Shown here piece by piece: positions 28,738 to 37,820 of a DNA stretch of 64,000 nt (position 1 is its first letter; the number at the start of each line of letters is the position of its first letter). The notes beneath the pieces are model-generated. The model was given only the letters and a program-made list of their open reading frames with translations. It was not told where the DNA came from and ran no database searches. This DNA is from Desulfuromonadales bacterium (GTDB taxonomy: Bacteria; Desulfobacterota; Desulfuromonadia; Desulfuromonadales; JACZKF01), in NCBI GenBank assembly GCA_050485365.1, contig JBJHBH010000001.1, forward strand, positions 1,101 to 65,100, read 5' to 3'. A program made the translations under genes and the position numbers.

Positions 28738-30034
28738 TCCGGACCACCTGAGGGAGGAGAGCAGCCAGGAAGAGGTTCTGTCGGGATTCTTCCGTGAGGA
28801 TGTCATTCCGGAAGACCTTCCGATGCTTTTCCCCCTGCTGCAGGCGAAAGCCTCGGTTGAGGCTTTTTCGGCCCTATTCAGCGGGTCGCCCGCCAGTGTA
28901 CTGGTGCGGCTGATGATCCTGCGGGAAATCGGCCGCCGTGGCGACGATCCGCATTGGTCGCCCCGGGACATCGAGTCGATGTTCTCCTATGTGGATGAGA
29001 CGAAGCTCAAGAGTGCGATGCTGAGGCTGCGCAACAGCGGCATCCTGGTCTGGCTCTCGGATATCTCCCGCTACCAGTTGAGCCCCCTGGGGCGCATGGC
29101 GCTGTCCGCGCTGTCGACCATGATGAAGTTCGGTCAGGAAGAGGGGAGCGAGCTTGGCTACATCACTTCCCAGATCGCGGCCAGCCAGGCGATGGGGGAG
29201 GTCAATCCGGAAACGCTGGAACACCTGCTCTCCCGCCTCTCGGAACTCGATGACGAATTCAACCGGGCGATCGTCTCCGGTTCGGAATCCCGGATCAAAG
29301 CCGCCGAAAAGAAGCTCGACTCGGTCTGGAACTGGGTGGAGAAGGGCACCGAGGTCATGAAATTGGTGACCGACAGCCTTGATCTGGACCGGGGCGCCCA
29401 TCGCCTGGCGCAACAGATCGGCCGCCGGCAGAGCAAGCTGCTCAGCATGGCCTCCCGGTTCCAGAGCGAGTTGAACCTCATCGAGAAGAACAAGGTCCAC
29501 ATCGAACGCGGGCTCTCCAGCAGCGACATCCTGCACTGGTTGCAGGGACAGCCGGTGAAGGCGTTGGCTTCGATTCTGGACGGGGCCATGGTCCATACCC
29601 CCTCGCCCGGGTTCGTGCTCAGTGACATCGCCGTGGATATCGCCGAGGACATGCTGATCCACCGCGATGTCTCCGAATTGGACGAATCGATTCCGCCGTT
29701 GCCGGACCAGGAGGACGCCAAGGCGATCGATCTGGAGCCCATCGACTTCCGCGCCCTTGGCTCCCTGCAGTCGGATTTAACGGTCGTGAAGGAATCCACG
29801 CCGCTTCAGGAACTGGTGCCCAAGAAGGATTTTGGAACGACCTCCTACCGGCTCTCCCTGATTGCCCTGATTGGCCGGGCCGGCGATGTGGCCGAGGGCA
29901 ACCCGGTAAAGGGGTTGGTGGATCTGCCGATCGACATGGAAATTGCGGAATCGGGAGAAATCGTCCGGATCGGACGGTGTGGCGTGAAGGAAATGACCGC
30001 AGGGTATTTGCATCGTAAAGGAGAGGGGCAGTGA
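28730..30034 (+). CDS. Kleisin-like subunit of a Wadjet/Mks-type SMC system (JetA/MksF-like)
   Basis: N-terminal wHTH (SAMLRLRNSGIL..YQLSPLGR), helical bundle; first of four genes with KITE-like, SMC and Toprim genes. TTG start with AGGAGG SD. Confidence 0.7.
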   Translation: MSDPDHLREESSQEEVLSGFFREDVIPEDLPMLFPLLQAKASVEAFSALFSGSPASVLVRLMILREIGRRGDDPHWSPRDIESMFSYVDETKLKSAMLRLRNSGILVWLSDISRYQLSPLGRMALSALSTMMKFGQEEGSELGYITSQIAASQAMGEVNPETLEHLLSRLSELDDEFNRAIVSGSESRIKAAEKKLDSVWNWVEKGTEVMKLVTDSLDLDRGAHRLAQQIGRRQSKLLSMASRFQSELNLIEKNKVHIERGLSSSDILHWLQGQPVKALASILDGAMVHTPSPGFVLSDIAVDIAEDMLIHRDVSELDESIPPLPDQEDAKAIDLEPIDFRALGSLQSDLTVVKESTPLQELVPKKDFGTTSYRLSLIALIGRAGDVAEGNPVKGLVDLPIDMEIAESGEIVRIGRCGVKEMTAGYLHRKGEGQ

Positions 30035-30726
30035 TAGAGTCACCGGCGCAAGTGCTGGCCGCACGGCTGATCGCCATGCAGTGGTTGCCGCGCAAGGATG
30101 AGCAGGTTACGCGCCTGATCACCGACGAAATCTTTCGGGAAGATGTTCTGGCGCGTCTTAAGTCATGCGGGTTGTGTCTCCTTGAGAACCCCTTTGCCGA
30201 ACACGTGGCTGTTGGGCTCGACGAATCGTCGACGCAGGCGGTCATGGGGCGGGATACAAGCTACATCTCGAACACCTTTGGCCTGCGGCAGGATGCTATG
30301 GCCCTGCTGGTGATCCTCTGGGCGCTGCTGATCATTCCCAAACGACAAAAGCAACTCGACGCCAGCACCGAGAGTGAAGAGACGGAGCAGATGGAATTTT
30401 TCCCCTCCCCCAGACTGGTTTCCCGGGAAGAATTTGACCGGCCGGCCGTCAAGCTCAGTGCGCTCATCTCCGATTTTGGTGGGAAGCTGGGCAAGAAGCA
30501 GCGCATCAACATCAACCTGGGACAGCTGAAGCGGCTCGGGTTCGTGTCCCAGCACAAGGAGCTGATCACGGAAGGGCCGCTCCTGGATCTGGCCTTCGAC
30601 TACAAACACATGGCCTCCCGGATCATCGAAGGGGCCTTGGGCGATATCCTGAAAGACCCGGACCTCGCGCCCACGGCCGATGAAGATCAGGAGGATTTTG
30701 AAGAAGTGGAGGGGGAGGATGTTTGA
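30031..30726 (+). CDS. KITE-like subunit (JetB/MksE-like)
   Basis: 231 aa, two wHTH-like halves (LGQLKRLGFV..GPLLDLAFDY), position between kleisin-like and SMC genes, GTGA overlap. Confidence 0.68.
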   Translation: MIESPAQVLAARLIAMQWLPRKDEQVTRLITDEIFREDVLARLKSCGLCLLENPFAEHVAVGLDESSTQAVMGRDTSYISNTFGLRQDAMALLVILWALLIIPKRQKQLDASTESEETEQMEFFPSPRLVSREEFDRPAVKLSALISDFGGKLGKKQRININLGQLKRLGFVSQHKELITEGPLLDLAFDYKHMASRIIEGALGDILKDPDLAPTADEDQEDFEEVEGEDV

Positions 30727-33532
30727 GTTCAGATACTTCGAGGCGGTGCATTGGGATTTCTGGGAGCGGATCGCTCTGCCCTTCGATGGCCAGCTGCTGA
30801 CCATCGTCGGACCGAATGGCTCGGGGAAAACTACCCTCCTCGACGGCCTGAGAACCCTGCTCGGAATCGACTGCTCCTCCGAGCGCGATTACCGGCGGTA
30901 CGTGCGCCGCAGCCAGAAGCCGGTCGCCTGGCTACGGGCGGTGGTCAGCAATGCCAAGACGGCCCGGGGCCTTCACTCTTTCCACCCCTGCTACACCCCC
31001 GAGGTGACCCTGGTCTGTCGCGTGAAACGCAAGGGGGGTGATTGGAGCCGTGAGTATGCCGTCTTGCCGGGCAACGTCCCGATCGAGGAGGCCGAGGCCA
31101 AGGCGGGCAAGGACTGGTATGGACAGAAGGACTATCGAAACCTCCTGGAGCGGGCGGGACTGGGTCGGGCGATTCGCAAGGTGCTGACCTTGGAACAGGG
31201 CGCCACGGACAAGCTCTGCACCATGAAGTCGCGGGAACTTCTGACTCTGGTTTTCGAGGCCCACGGGGATCAGGAGATCCTCGACAAATATCAGGAAGCC
31301 AAAAACGAGCAGATGACCATCCAGCAGGAGATCGAGGGTCTGAAGCAGGACCTGACCAAGCTGGAGTTGGATGTCAAACTCAACCAAAACAAGGTTGAGT
31401 CATACAATGAGTGGAAACGGCGCAAAGAGCAGCTAGAACGGCTGGTCCTGGAAGATATTCCCCGGCTGGAACTCTTGGAGCAAACCGAGCAGGCAAGGGC
31501 CGGGAGAAACCAGCTGAAAAGTCATCGCCGTGAGCTGAGAAAACTTCAGCATGATCTGGCAGAAAGACGACTTCATCGGCAAAGTATTAACCGGCAGTTG
31601 CAGGAAGCTACGAACCAATTGAACTTTTGGGATGCCGAAGAAAAGAAAAGGCGGGATGATCGCAATAAGGCATCAAATGCCGTCGACGAGCTGAAAAAAA
31701 TTCTTGTGGAAAAGGCCCGTTTGGAAGCTGTCCAGAAACAACAGGTCGAAGGATTCGATCCCGACAGAGTAACTGCGGACAAGACTCGTTTCGAGCTGGA
31801 ACATGCCGAAACCGTTAATCAAATAAAAAAGCTTGAGAAGGAGCTTAAAGACGCTCGCGCTCGCCAGACCGCCCTCCAGGCCACCCATACCAAAGAACTG
31901 TCGCCGCCGGCGCAACGCATGCGGGAAGCCCTTTCCGCCAAAGACATTCCGCACCTGTTTTTCTCCGAAGTCGTTGAAATTATCCTGCCCGAGTGGCAGC
32001 CCGTCATCGAGGGATTGATCGGCGGCGATGCCAATACGGTTCTTCTCGACCGGTCACAGGATAAGACCACCGCCTTTTCGGTCGGTGAGGAGCAGAGGTA
32101 CCGGGGTTTGGTCACCACGGACCAGATGGAGCGCCCCACCCCGCGGCCAGGCTCTTTGCTGGAAGCGGTGGAGTTCCATGCCCCGGTCCCCTCCTGGATC
32201 ATTTCTCGCCTGGATCAGACCCAGCGGGTCGAAGATGCCCAGGCCGGAGCCGCGCTTCCCGCCGGGCAGAACTGGGCCTCCCGCAAGGGTTACTACAAGG
32301 ACAACCGCGGTGGTCGCTACATCGCGGCCGATGTGAAAAGAGAGTATCAATTTGGCAAGGCCGCCGTCTTGGCCGAAATCGAGGATCTTGAGGAGACCAT
32401 TCAACGAGGCAAGAAGGAAATCATTAGGCTAGAGGATCTCAAGACGGAACTTAACGGGAAGATCGCTGACTGCACCTTGCTGCTGGAGGGCTGGGATGCC
32501 GATGCCAACCTGAAGGCTCGAATGGCCGAGTTTGTTCAAGCCGCCAATGATTTGCCGGGCAAGAAAGCCGCTTTAGAAGAAACTGAGGCGAGATTGCGCG
32601 AAGCAGAAAAGGCAGAGGGCGAAGCAAAAAAATCCTTCGATGCCTTCAATAAGGCATCAGGTCAAGTCGATACCCAAATCAAGGAAAAAGAAAAGCAGGC
32701 CGATGATGCTGAAAAGAAGATAGCGGAGAAGAGAAAAGATGTTAGCGCCTTGATTTTGCTGTGTCGGCAAACACGAAAGAAATTTGCCCCCCATCTGCGT
32801 ACGCCTGAACTCCTTCAATCTATCCTGGCTGAGTATGATTCCCTGGCCAGTGCCAAGGCTGAGAGCAAATCCCTGCAGTCCGACCTTGATAATCGAGAGT
32901 GGGAAAAGGATCCTCAAGTCCTCATCATCGCCCAGAAACTTCAAAAGGATTACGAGGCCAAAAAGACGGTCATCGACCAGCGGCGGGCACACCACGTGCG
33001 GGCACTGACCCTGACGGAACAGGCGCGGGAGCAATACATCAATGTCCTCTACGCGACCCTGCGCAACTACATCCGAAGCATTCGAACCCTGGGGGAGATG
33101 GCCGGAGTCGAAATTCTTGCTACCCTGCCCAAACTGGAGAACGACGACCTGAGCCTGGCGCAGGCAGGGCTGGATGTCGAGTTCCGCTTCGACCAGAAGG
33201 AGACCGACGAAACCTCCGGTGGCCAGAAGGTCATCAAGAGTCTGGTCCTTCTGGTCGGATTGATGATGGACAAGGACGAGCAGTCGGGCGGTTTTGTGTT
33301 CATCGATGAACCGTTCGCCCACCTGGATGTCCTCAACATCAACCTGGTCAGCAATTTCCTGCGGCGCAGCGGAGCGCAGTATGTTCTGACCACCCCCAAT
33401 ACCCACAACATCAACGTCTTCGATGCCTCCGACCTGACCTTTGTGACCCGGAGTTGGAAAGCTCCTGCCAAATGGGCACCGCCGGTGGCTTGGGCGCGCC
33501 GGCAGGAGACCGGCGATGAGGCCGTCGCATGA
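30719..33532 (+). CDS. SMC-family ATPase, 937 aa (JetC/MksB-like)
   Basis: Walker A GPNGSGKT, Q-loop LEQG, long coiled coils around a central hinge, signature TSGGQK, Walker B FVFIDEPFAHLD. Start at MFEFRY. Confidence 0.9.
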   Translation: MFEFRYFEAVHWDFWERIALPFDGQLLTIVGPNGSGKTTLLDGLRTLLGIDCSSERDYRRYVRRSQKPVAWLRAVVSNAKTARGLHSFHPCYTPEVTLVCRVKRKGGDWSREYAVLPGNVPIEEAEAKAGKDWYGQKDYRNLLERAGLGRAIRKVLTLEQGATDKLCTMKSRELLTLVFEAHGDQEILDKYQEAKNEQMTIQQEIEGLKQDLTKLELDVKLNQNKVESYNEWKRRKEQLERLVLEDIPRLELLEQTEQARAGRNQLKSHRRELRKLQHDLAERRLHRQSINRQLQEATNQLNFWDAEEKKRRDDRNKASNAVDELKKILVEKARLEAVQKQQVEGFDPDRVTADKTRFELEHAETVNQIKKLEKELKDARARQTALQATHTKELSPPAQRMREALSAKDIPHLFFSEVVEIILPEWQPVIEGLIGGDANTVLLDRSQDKTTAFSVGEEQRYRGLVTTDQMERPTPRPGSLLEAVEFHAPVPSWIISRLDQTQRVEDAQAGAALPAGQNWASRKGYYKDNRGGRYIAADVKREYQFGKAAVLAEIEDLEETIQRGKKEIIRLEDLKTELNGKIADCTLLLEGWDADANLKARMAEFVQAANDLPGKKAALEETEARLREAEKAEGEAKKSFDAFNKASGQVDTQIKEKEKQADDAEKKIAEKRKDVSALILLCRQTRKKFAPHLRTPELLQSILAEYDSLASAKAESKSLQSDLDNREWEKDPQVLIIAQKLQKDYEAKKTVIDQRRAHHVRALTLTEQAREQYINVLYATLRNYIRSIRTLGEMAGVEILATLPKLENDDLSLAQAGLDVEFRFDQKETDETSGGQKVIKSLVLLVGLMMDKDEQSGGFVFIDEPFAHLDVLNINLVSNFLRRSGAQYVLTTPNTHNINVFDASDLTFVTRSWKAPAKWAPPVAWARRQETGDEAVA

Positions 33533-34743
33533 GCGAGCACTGGTCACCTCCTGATGCGCAGGGGATCATCACCCTGACCCTCGATGTCGGCGCCAAACGA
33601 ACGATGCGCGGGAAACGGCGCCGGCGGTCGGTTCTGGAAAATCCCGCCAGCCTTGCGATGCTTGCTGAGGATCAGAAGGAGCTGATTCGCGGCTGGGTGA
33701 AAGGAGCCTCCTACCGCCGAAAGTGGCAAAACCTGCTTGCCACTGGCGGGTATGCCAATGTTCTGCTGGCAGAAGAGTTGCTCAGGATACTGCTGGAAGC
33801 CGGCTGGGTGGAAATTGAGGAGCATCGGACTCCACGCGGCTGGGAACCGGTATGGATCGAGTTCCGGGGGTATGAGGATCTGCGGGAACACCTGGGGCTG
33901 AGCAATCGCGACAAGGAGAGGGCTCAGGCTGACAGCCTGCCAGGGGACTTCTCAACGGATGCACTACGGATTGCTGCCGCCCAATTGGATACGCTTCCGG
34001 CTGCCACCAAGATCAAACGACACGAACTCCTCTCCGGGCTGGAGAACTGGATGCAGGAAGGCCTGCAGGGGACCCGGCGAGATTTTTCCCTGTTCGTTCG
34101 GGGCCGGACGAAGGATATTACGGCCGCCGAATGGGACTGGCTGGAATCCCAGTTGGACCTTGCGTCCTTCGGCGTTAGCGCGCACACGCCCCTGGTCCGC
34201 ATCAAGATCCCGGGGGCTCTAATCTTCCCGGAGGGGCAGGTGGATTTTCGGATGCTGCCGGGAGCGGTGGCGCTCACTCAAGAGCAGATCACCCGAGCGG
34301 CTGCCTTTGCGGGAGAAATTTCCTGCTGGAAGGTGGTCGAGAACCTGACCAGCTTTGAGCGGGTCGTGGCGTCATCAGGAGAAGCCGAAGGGGTCATCTG
34401 GGTGCCGGGCTTTGCCCCTTCCTGGTGGGTTCAGGCGGTTGCCCATCTGGTTGCAATGACAAAGGCTCCAGGGAGAGTCGCCTGTGATCCCGATCCGGCC
34501 GGCCTGCTGATCGCGTCGCAGGTGGGTGATATCTGGGAACGGCAAAGCGCCGCATGGGAGCCTTGGTTTATGAGTCCGGATGATTTTCAGGATAAAGGAA
34601 TTTCGATGTCGCTTACCGAGCATGACCGGGGTTTGCTCAACACTTTCATGCAAAGGCAGTATAATCACGCCAAACTATTGGAATTAGCATGCTGGATGAT
34701 AGGAAAAGGGAATAAATTAGAACAGGAGTCATTTTTGGTTTAG
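33529..34743 (+). CDS. Toprim (TopoVI-A-like) nuclease, JetD/MksG-like
   Basis: VVENLTSFE (catalytic Glu), VIWVPGF, CDPDPAG (DxD), terminal LEQE; ATGA overlap with the SMC gene. Confidence 0.85.
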   Translation: MSEHWSPPDAQGIITLTLDVGAKRTMRGKRRRRSVLENPASLAMLAEDQKELIRGWVKGASYRRKWQNLLATGGYANVLLAEELLRILLEAGWVEIEEHRTPRGWEPVWIEFRGYEDLREHLGLSNRDKERAQADSLPGDFSTDALRIAAAQLDTLPAATKIKRHELLSGLENWMQEGLQGTRRDFSLFVRGRTKDITAAEWDWLESQLDLASFGVSAHTPLVRIKIPGALIFPEGQVDFRMLPGAVALTQEQITRAAAFAGEISCWKVVENLTSFERVVASSGEAEGVIWVPGFAPSWWVQAVAHLVAMTKAPGRVACDPDPAGLLIASQVGDIWERQSAAWEPWFMSPDDFQDKGISMSLTEHDRGLLNTFMQRQYNHAKLLELACWMIGKGNKLEQESFLV

Positions 34744-34844
34744 AGGTCCTCATCAACAGATTTCGTTAATTGTGAACCGTCTTGCCGAAGTACCACATCG
34801 ATTTACACGCTTACGTCGCGGCCGGACCGGGGGCCAGATTGAAA

Positions 34845-35660
34845 TTAATCTGCGGTTTGTCCATATGCCTCAGCACGCAGTCTTTTCAAGAACTTCTCCA
34901 GTCCTTGGCGCGGGTCGCTCTCCTCTGACACGATTGGCTCTATTCCTCTTGAACGAAGTATCTCCTCTTGAATGAGGTTAGGTCTAGCTAAAAAGATGTA
35001 AGATCGAGGCCTTACACGTTCAAAGAATGATGTTTGCCATTGCCTATGCAACTTGTATAGCAAGTATCTGATGTTAATGTCGGTTAGGCTGTATCCTATA
35101 AACAAGATGGACTTACCAAGGGCATCTGACCGCAGCTTGATGTCCAGCGGGGATTCGAAACTCAATCGATCGAAATAACTTGATTCTGAGAGTACTATTG
35201 AAGAGTCATCATCGAAGTCCCCATGCAACTTAACTATTTGAGTGTGCTTTTGCTGGGCAAGGGCGATATCGGCGACGTTGGCAATTTTCGTGTACTGAGA
35301 ACCTGCTTTTTCAAATGTCTTTTCAATCAAACGGTCATAGTTAGTCGTGTATATAATCGGAAAATCCAATGCCACTATTGCTTTGTGTACTTCTGATTTC
35401 TCCACATCAACTTGGCTGTCATGCCACTTCCGGTCCATCCAACTCCGGAGAGGACCGAGTGTGCCCTTCTTCAGAATGTAATATTCCGCTAATGAGAGGT
35501 AGTCTCCAGATAATTGAAAAACTTGAGGGTCAAAATCAAGCTCTTCGGCTAGTCTGTCGATAAGTTCGCTAAATGAGGGCAACTGAAGGTTCATGGAAAC
35601 CCCAGCACCAGCGAACAAGATTACTTTTTTATCCCTTATCGCCTGAATTAGATCCTGCAT
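34845..35660 (-). CDS. SIR2-like NADase (KomC-like)
   Basis: LFAGAGVSM..LPSFSEL, IYTTNYD, KLHGD, LFIGYSLTD. Confidence 0.92.
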   Translation of the reverse strand: MQDLIQAIRDKKVILFAGAGVSMNLQLPSFSELIDRLAEELDFDPQVFQLSGDYLSLAEYYILKKGTLGPLRSWMDRKWHDSQVDVEKSEVHKAIVALDFPIIYTTNYDRLIEKTFEKAGSQYTKIANVADIALAQQKHTQIVKLHGDFDDDSSIVLSESSYFDRLSFESPLDIKLRSDALGKSILFIGYSLTDINIRYLLYKLHRQWQTSFFERVRPRSYIFLARPNLIQEEILRSRGIEPIVSEESDPRQGLEKFLKRLRAEAYGQTAD

Positions 35661-35661
35661 T

Positions 35662-36222
35662 TCAAGCCCTCCCGCGCTTTCTCAAGAAACCTGCAAAAGC
35701 ATCTAACGCGCTTCGTCGCATTGAAATTTCATTCTTTTTCTCGCCAAGTTCAGCGAATGTCTGTTCATATCCATGTGGAATAAAAACACAGTCCCATTGA
35801 AAGTCTCTATTCCCTCGAGGTTCCGAGGCGATCGTTCCTGCGATCTCCCCTTCAAAGAGATAGAATTGTTTTCCATCAACGTAGCCGATTATCGTTCTTG
35901 CTACTACACTGTTATCCGGCGCTTTGCCGAACAGTTCAGCGAATCGGTCTGCTTGAAGCGTGTCCCAGAAGATCTGCGTCAGTCCCCCTGGAAGGCCGTT
36001 CATGTAACTGAGATAGAGTCCCGTATGCTCAACAAACAAAGGCCGGCCGATTTGCTGAAATGCCTTCAAAGCCTTATCTTTTACCAGACGTTTTGTGTCT
36101 TCAGTCTGAAGTTCTTCAACCTTGAGACTTACAGGAATAACCATGACTCCTGCGCCCGAAAGGATTTGTTCCGACTCAGCTATTTTAAAGCGATTACTTG
36201 ACAGGAACCGGACTTGCAGCAT
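35662..36222 (-). CDS. HAM1/ITPase-fold protein with degenerate catalytic residues (KomB-like)
   Basis: SSNRFKIAE, KDKALKA, VEHTGL (canonical VEDT/ADDS), NGLPG, DFQWDCVF, EISMR (canonical SHR). Start ATG 36222 with GCGGAG SD. Confidence 0.9.
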   Translation of the reverse strand: MLQVRFLSSNRFKIAESEQILSGAGVMVIPVSLKVEELQTEDTKRLVKDKALKAFQQIGRPLFVEHTGLYLSYMNGLPGGLTQIFWDTLQADRFAELFGKAPDNSVVARTIIGYVDGKQFYLFEGEIAGTIASEPRGNRDFQWDCVFIPHGYEQTFAELGEKKNEISMRRSALDAFAGFLRKRGRA

Positions 36223-36224
36223 GG

Positions 36225-37820
36225 TCAGACTCCGCATAAGCAGAAATTCAAGTCGATGGCCAGGACCTTTGTAATCAAATTACCTAGCTCCATATCGTGC
36301 ATTCCTGGTTTGAACTCCCAAACTCCCGCTCCATACTGATTGATGTACTCCTTCGAGAACCATCCGGCCGTATCCTCCGACCGGGCTGGTGAAAGAAGCA
36401 AGACGGCTTGGCAGGTCCCGCCGAAACTGTCATATCTGAGGGCATCGCGATAGATGTGCACCGAAGAAAAGGAGTCAGCAAGGTTCTGGCGACCAACGCG
36501 GTATTTTGCGTCCAAGCAGAGCCATCTGCCCTCGCCATTCTTTGGCTGATAACTGATAGTGATGTCAGGCCGGCGCTCGCCGGAGATGGACCATCGTTTG
36601 TGGTTGGAGCGGTTAAAGTAGCTGGCGAACGTCGCGTTGAATCTGATCTCAACCGTACCCCCCGATACGTCTTGAGCTCTGAACAATGCACCATCGCCGG
36701 TGGAGCAGGGGTCCAGCAGATTCGAAAGCTTGCAGCCCGCCCATTTCCAATCAGGCAAGGCCGCCCGCATCTGCCGGCAGACCGCCAGAAACGCCCACAG
36801 CTCGTAGACGGAATAGCTAGGCCGCACCGCGGCTTGATATGCGCTCTGCTGGGTTTCGTAGCGGAACAGCGGATTCAGAAAAAGCCGACCAATCTGGTGG
36901 ACCTGCAGGTATGTCGGGTCGTCGAAGACGACCTGCAGCGCAGCCTCGCTCAGGGGCTCACGCTGAATTCGGCTCAGGAAAGACCTTCGCCACAACTGCA
37001 GGAGGCGATCGGCTCCCTTTCGCAGCGCGTTGGCTCTACTCCGGCACCAGAGCTGACTGTCTTCAGAACCCTTTGCTGCCGCCCTATCCAGACCATCTGC
37101 CGCTCTGCAAAGGGTGGATTCGACCTCGTAGACTAGCCAAGAGATGTAGCGGTTTGCGGGATGGTCGATGATCTCGACCGTCAGCCGCTGTGAAATCAGC
37201 GGTGCGGGGCCTGGCAATGCCAGGCTTTTCCAAGGGTCAAGGTGTTCTTGGAGTTGAGGGTGCCGAGTGACCCACCGCAGCGTCTCTCGATCAACTTTCC
37301 TGACCATGCGTAGCGGTATGTCATCCTGGATGGTGATGTCCCGCTGTCTTGGGTTTTCAAGGAGAACCTGGAGGGCGCGTTCGAAAACCGTCAATAAGGG
37401 TGTCAGCGCTTCCGCAATGAAGGGAAGAGGAACTCCCTCTTTGCCTACGTTGCCTGACTTGCCTCCCTCCGTCCCCGCCGAAACCCCTGGTAGCCAGTTC
37501 TCCAGATCGGTCAACATGCCTATCCAGAGTGTATCGGTAAGCTTGGACTGACGCGGCTGCACCCTCACCGGTATGGAGATAACCTGATCTGGCGACGCCT
37601 GTATGCGCAGTTCGGCATCGGCAATCCAATGCCCAGGTCGTATCGTCAAGGTGCCTTGGGGATTTGGCTGAACCTTTATTCCATCGAAAAATAACTCAAA
37701 GGCACCGCTCTCTTCAGATAGGATTTGGTACTCGACCATCTCCTCCAGAAGTAGTTTTGCCCCAGGCTGAACGGGAATGATCTTTCCGTTCGGCCGTCGT
37801 TGTAATGCCAGGCTAATCAT
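36225..37820 (-). CDS. McrC-like nuclease (DUF2357 + PD-(D/E)XK)
   Basis: DHPANRYI, DDPTY..I, YELWAFL, RPDITI..LCLDAKYR..IHIYRDAL. Confidence 0.85.
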   Translation of the reverse strand: MISLALQRRPNGKIIPVQPGAKLLLEEMVEYQILSEESGAFELFFDGIKVQPNPQGTLTIRPGHWIADAELRIQASPDQVISIPVRVQPRQSKLTDTLWIGMLTDLENWLPGVSAGTEGGKSGNVGKEGVPLPFIAEALTPLLTVFERALQVLLENPRQRDITIQDDIPLRMVRKVDRETLRWVTRHPQLQEHLDPWKSLALPGPAPLISQRLTVEIIDHPANRYISWLVYEVESTLCRAADGLDRAAAKGSEDSQLWCRSRANALRKGADRLLQLWRRSFLSRIQREPLSEAALQVVFDDPTYLQVHQIGRLFLNPLFRYETQQSAYQAAVRPSYSVYELWAFLAVCRQMRAALPDWKWAGCKLSNLLDPCSTGDGALFRAQDVSGGTVEIRFNATFASYFNRSNHKRWSISGERRPDITISYQPKNGEGRWLCLDAKYRVGRQNLADSFSSVHIYRDALRYDSFGGTCQAVLLLSPARSEDTAGWFSKEYINQYGAGVWEFKPGMHDMELGNLITKVLAIDLNFCLCGV

